Position numbers and translations under genes: made by a program. The notes beneath the pieces were generated by a model. That model had not been told where the DNA came from, did no database searches, and saw only the letters and a program-made list of their open reading frames with translations. A stretch of DNA of 63,998 nucleotides, the filler included, from Asterionella formosa (Eukaryota): assembly GCA_002256025.1 (NCBI GenBank). It is 7 parts of 7 records of this genome, joined end to end, with 100 filler letters (N's around TTAATTAATTAA, not from the genome) between each part and the next. Parts side by side here need not be neighbours in the genome. Positions count along the whole stretch, not along the records: positions 55,083 to 63,998 come from NKIB01011455.1; 6 more parts are not named here. One strand, 5' to 3'. The first letter of the stretch is position 1; each line of letters opens with the position of its first letter. Below are positions 63,157-63,998 of the stretch, piece by piece.

Positions 63157-63998
63157 CAGGTGTCCCTGTTCTGTGTGTTTTGGCCTTACTATGCATGGGT
63201 AGGAATACCGATCAGTGCGCTCAATCCTTGTTTTACTTGAATGTGGTGGTATGGCGATCTTCGCCACAATTACACCTAACCAGTGGTTGAATAAAGCAAT
63301 GACAGCAAGATCTCAGGTGATAACAGGTCAACTGGGCGAGAAATGGGTCTGATAAACGATTTTAATTTCGAATCATTACCAAAAATGTGATATACAATGA
63401 CAATGAATGAACAACTAGCGAACAAAGAAAGGAAAGCGAAAGTGCAACGATCACAATTTATAATGAAATATTACATGTACTGTTTGCTGGTAACCATTGA
63501 AGGTATACTAACAATAATATGTATAATGTGTACCAACGATACTATACATATATATTGTGTACCCATGGTACCTACAGACCATATGTTGACAGTTAGATGG
63601 ATATAACACCGAACAATTTGTGATCTTGCCAGGTGAGAATTATACAGCTATTCATGGGATTTTCTATGACTCAAAAGAAAACTTTGATTCCACAACCGCT
63701 GATACCCTTTCCATCAATCTGCTGTAGGAGTATATATCAAATCTCTAGCATCAATACTGATATATTCAACATTCACTGAAGCTGAACAAGATCAAATGCG
63801 CCATGACATTATAATATTATTTATATATAAAATATAATTATTATATAAAATGTATGCTATTTCAAGATTTGGAAAGATCTTGACAAATGGCAAGATGACA
63901 GGATAGAAGGCAATGTTGGCACAACAAATCAAGCAGACCCCATCCACAGCATTGAGAATCTGGTGAAACAATTCAAAACACACCGCTCTGCCCTCGAT

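Overview
Eukaryotic scaffold, most likely a diatom. This is inferred from short GT-AG introns of 61-102 bp, diatom-type gene families and TE relics. It contains several N-gaps, most padded with an artificial TTAATTAATTAA linker. The first 11 kb holds a tandem pair of IRAK/Pelle-like Ser/Thr kinase genes. They share upstream DNA, intron position and kinase domain but have unrelated N-termini (a CxxH...CxxC Zn-ribbon-like module versus RNI/NLRC3-type LRRs). Copy 2 also has a decayed RING-like, coiled-coil and TORNADO1/ROCO-C-terminus-like tail. The pair and an intact PIF/Harbinger transposase lie between two inverted Harbinger-type termini, each flanked by TTA. The rest of the window holds ordinary or lineage-typical genes: a PSI-LEA_2 membrane protein, a secreted CBM1-like protein, CRAL-TRIO, RPN11, two sulfotransferase-like genes, a GH18 chitinase with 3 hevein domains, an MSP1-like AAA ATPase, a myotubularin and hypothetical proteins. 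These are interspersed with decayed DDE_Tnp_4, pogo-like and Copia elements, MITE-like ends, minisatellites and a long inverted repeat. GGTACC/CCWGG-rich palindrome clusters sit preferentially upstream of genes. All calls were made by eye, with no database searches.
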